A DNA stretch of 64,000 bases from Zootoca vivipara (lineage: Eukaryota): NCBI RefSeq assembly GCF_963506605.1, contig NC_083285.1, forward strand, positions 48,422,001 through 48,486,000, read 5' to 3'. The position numbers and the translations under genes are program-made. Positions within the stretch are counted from its first letter, which is position 1. Every line of letters begins with the position of its first letter. A model generated the notes under the pieces. It worked only from the letters and a program-made list of their open reading frames with translations. It was not told the DNA's origin and made no database searches. This document shows, one piece after another, positions 62,987 through 64,000 of the stretch.

Positions 62987-64000
62987 TACTTTTTATGGCC
63001 CAAATCCCTAAGAATCATTTAGCAAATGACACATTTCTTAGTGGATATTATTTCTGTGTAGAAAAGTCCAAGCATCTTATGTGTACAACAGCAGGTGCAG
63101 CGAGTACATTCACTGGATTTTGTATATGTCATGTCAGATTCACTGTCCTGTACATCTTGTTTATGTGTTATGGGGAGCCACTGGCAATCAGGGCTTGCTG
63201 TTATATGCTCATATGGCAAAGTACATGTGGGAGCTTGTCACACATTGACTTTTCCCACCATTGCATCCCCATGGTGGAAGGAAACACACCTAACAAAGAT
63301 TCTTCCTGAGCACAAGTTACAGATGTACTCTGCCTGATACTAAATTTCCCAGCTCTATCTAAATGGCTTAGTCTGCAGGGGGGAGGGAATTACTGATAAA
63401 AATGTGAGTCTTGCAGCTGCTACAGCAATCTTTGCTTCCTGCCAGTGAGGAAGAAAATCAGAAGTGCCTTGTTTTAGTTTTGGCAGCACATCACTGTATC
63501 TTTCAAAAAGGATTTAAATACAAGCACAGCATATGAGATGCAGCATCTTCCAGGAATTCACAGTTTTAAGGTAAAGTTTATTTCCTGAAAGGTCATTAAC
63601 AGTTTTCATCCTTTGTGAATATTACTGCTAATGCATACTAGAAGTTTTCCTTTTACCATCTAAATTAGAAACAATTACTACACTTTAGTTCTATTGGAAC
63701 TTGTATCCTACAACATCAGAAGGCCACTTCCTCCTTCAAAGCATGAACGAGCCAATCTTCAAAGGATTCACATAGCAATGTGATCTCATTCATCACACTG
63801 ATGCAAGAAAGGAGACAGTGACTTTTCCATAAGCAGAAGAAACTATGCAAAACTGCCCAAAAGGTTGTGATCGGGTGACTGCCATTTCTGTGCTCAACAT
63901 CCTCTCCATTTTGGCAGTAACATTCTTTGAACACAAAGGCAGCATGGATCAAGGTCCCTCATGACTTCCTCTTCAAAGCACCCTCAGTATTTTAGCAAAA

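Noticed and set aside
62384-64000. WASHC4 exon 5
   Set aside because: No frame resembling the expected KFYNGLLFYGEG segment was found; it probably lies beyond the window.

Overview
Squamate reptile genomic DNA, probably a lizard (inferred from Sauria SINE, BovB and squamate-type L2/CR1 repeats). It holds two convergent, multi-exon genes that end tail-to-tail at about 31-32 kb. APPL2 (+ strand) has coding exons 2-21 here (3326-30559); exon 1 lies left of the window. WASHC4/KIAA1033/SWIP (- strand) has coding exons 6-33 here (62383 down to 33931); exons 1-5 lie right of the window. All 48 exons were read by hand: all have GT-AG boundaries and continuous reading frames. Exon numbering and protein identity rest on my recollection of the human orthologues, not on a search. 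The introns are dense in transposons: Tc1/mariner and hAT MITEs, L1, L2, CR1, RTE/BovB, Rex1, Penelope-like elements, SINEs and solo LTRs, with several provable nested insertions. Most notable: (1) a minimal hammerhead ribozyme in a 5'-inverted Penelope-like element, sense to the APPL2 pre-mRNA, plus a second Penelope remnant with the ribozyme core triplicated; (2) two non-autonomous DNA transposons inflated with CpG-rich patchwork cargo; (3) a 104-bp hairpin whose only non-Watson-Crick pairs are G-U in the sense transcript; (4) back-to-back poly(A) signals of the two genes; (5) inverted L2 copies bracketing an in-frame 189-nt exon block.
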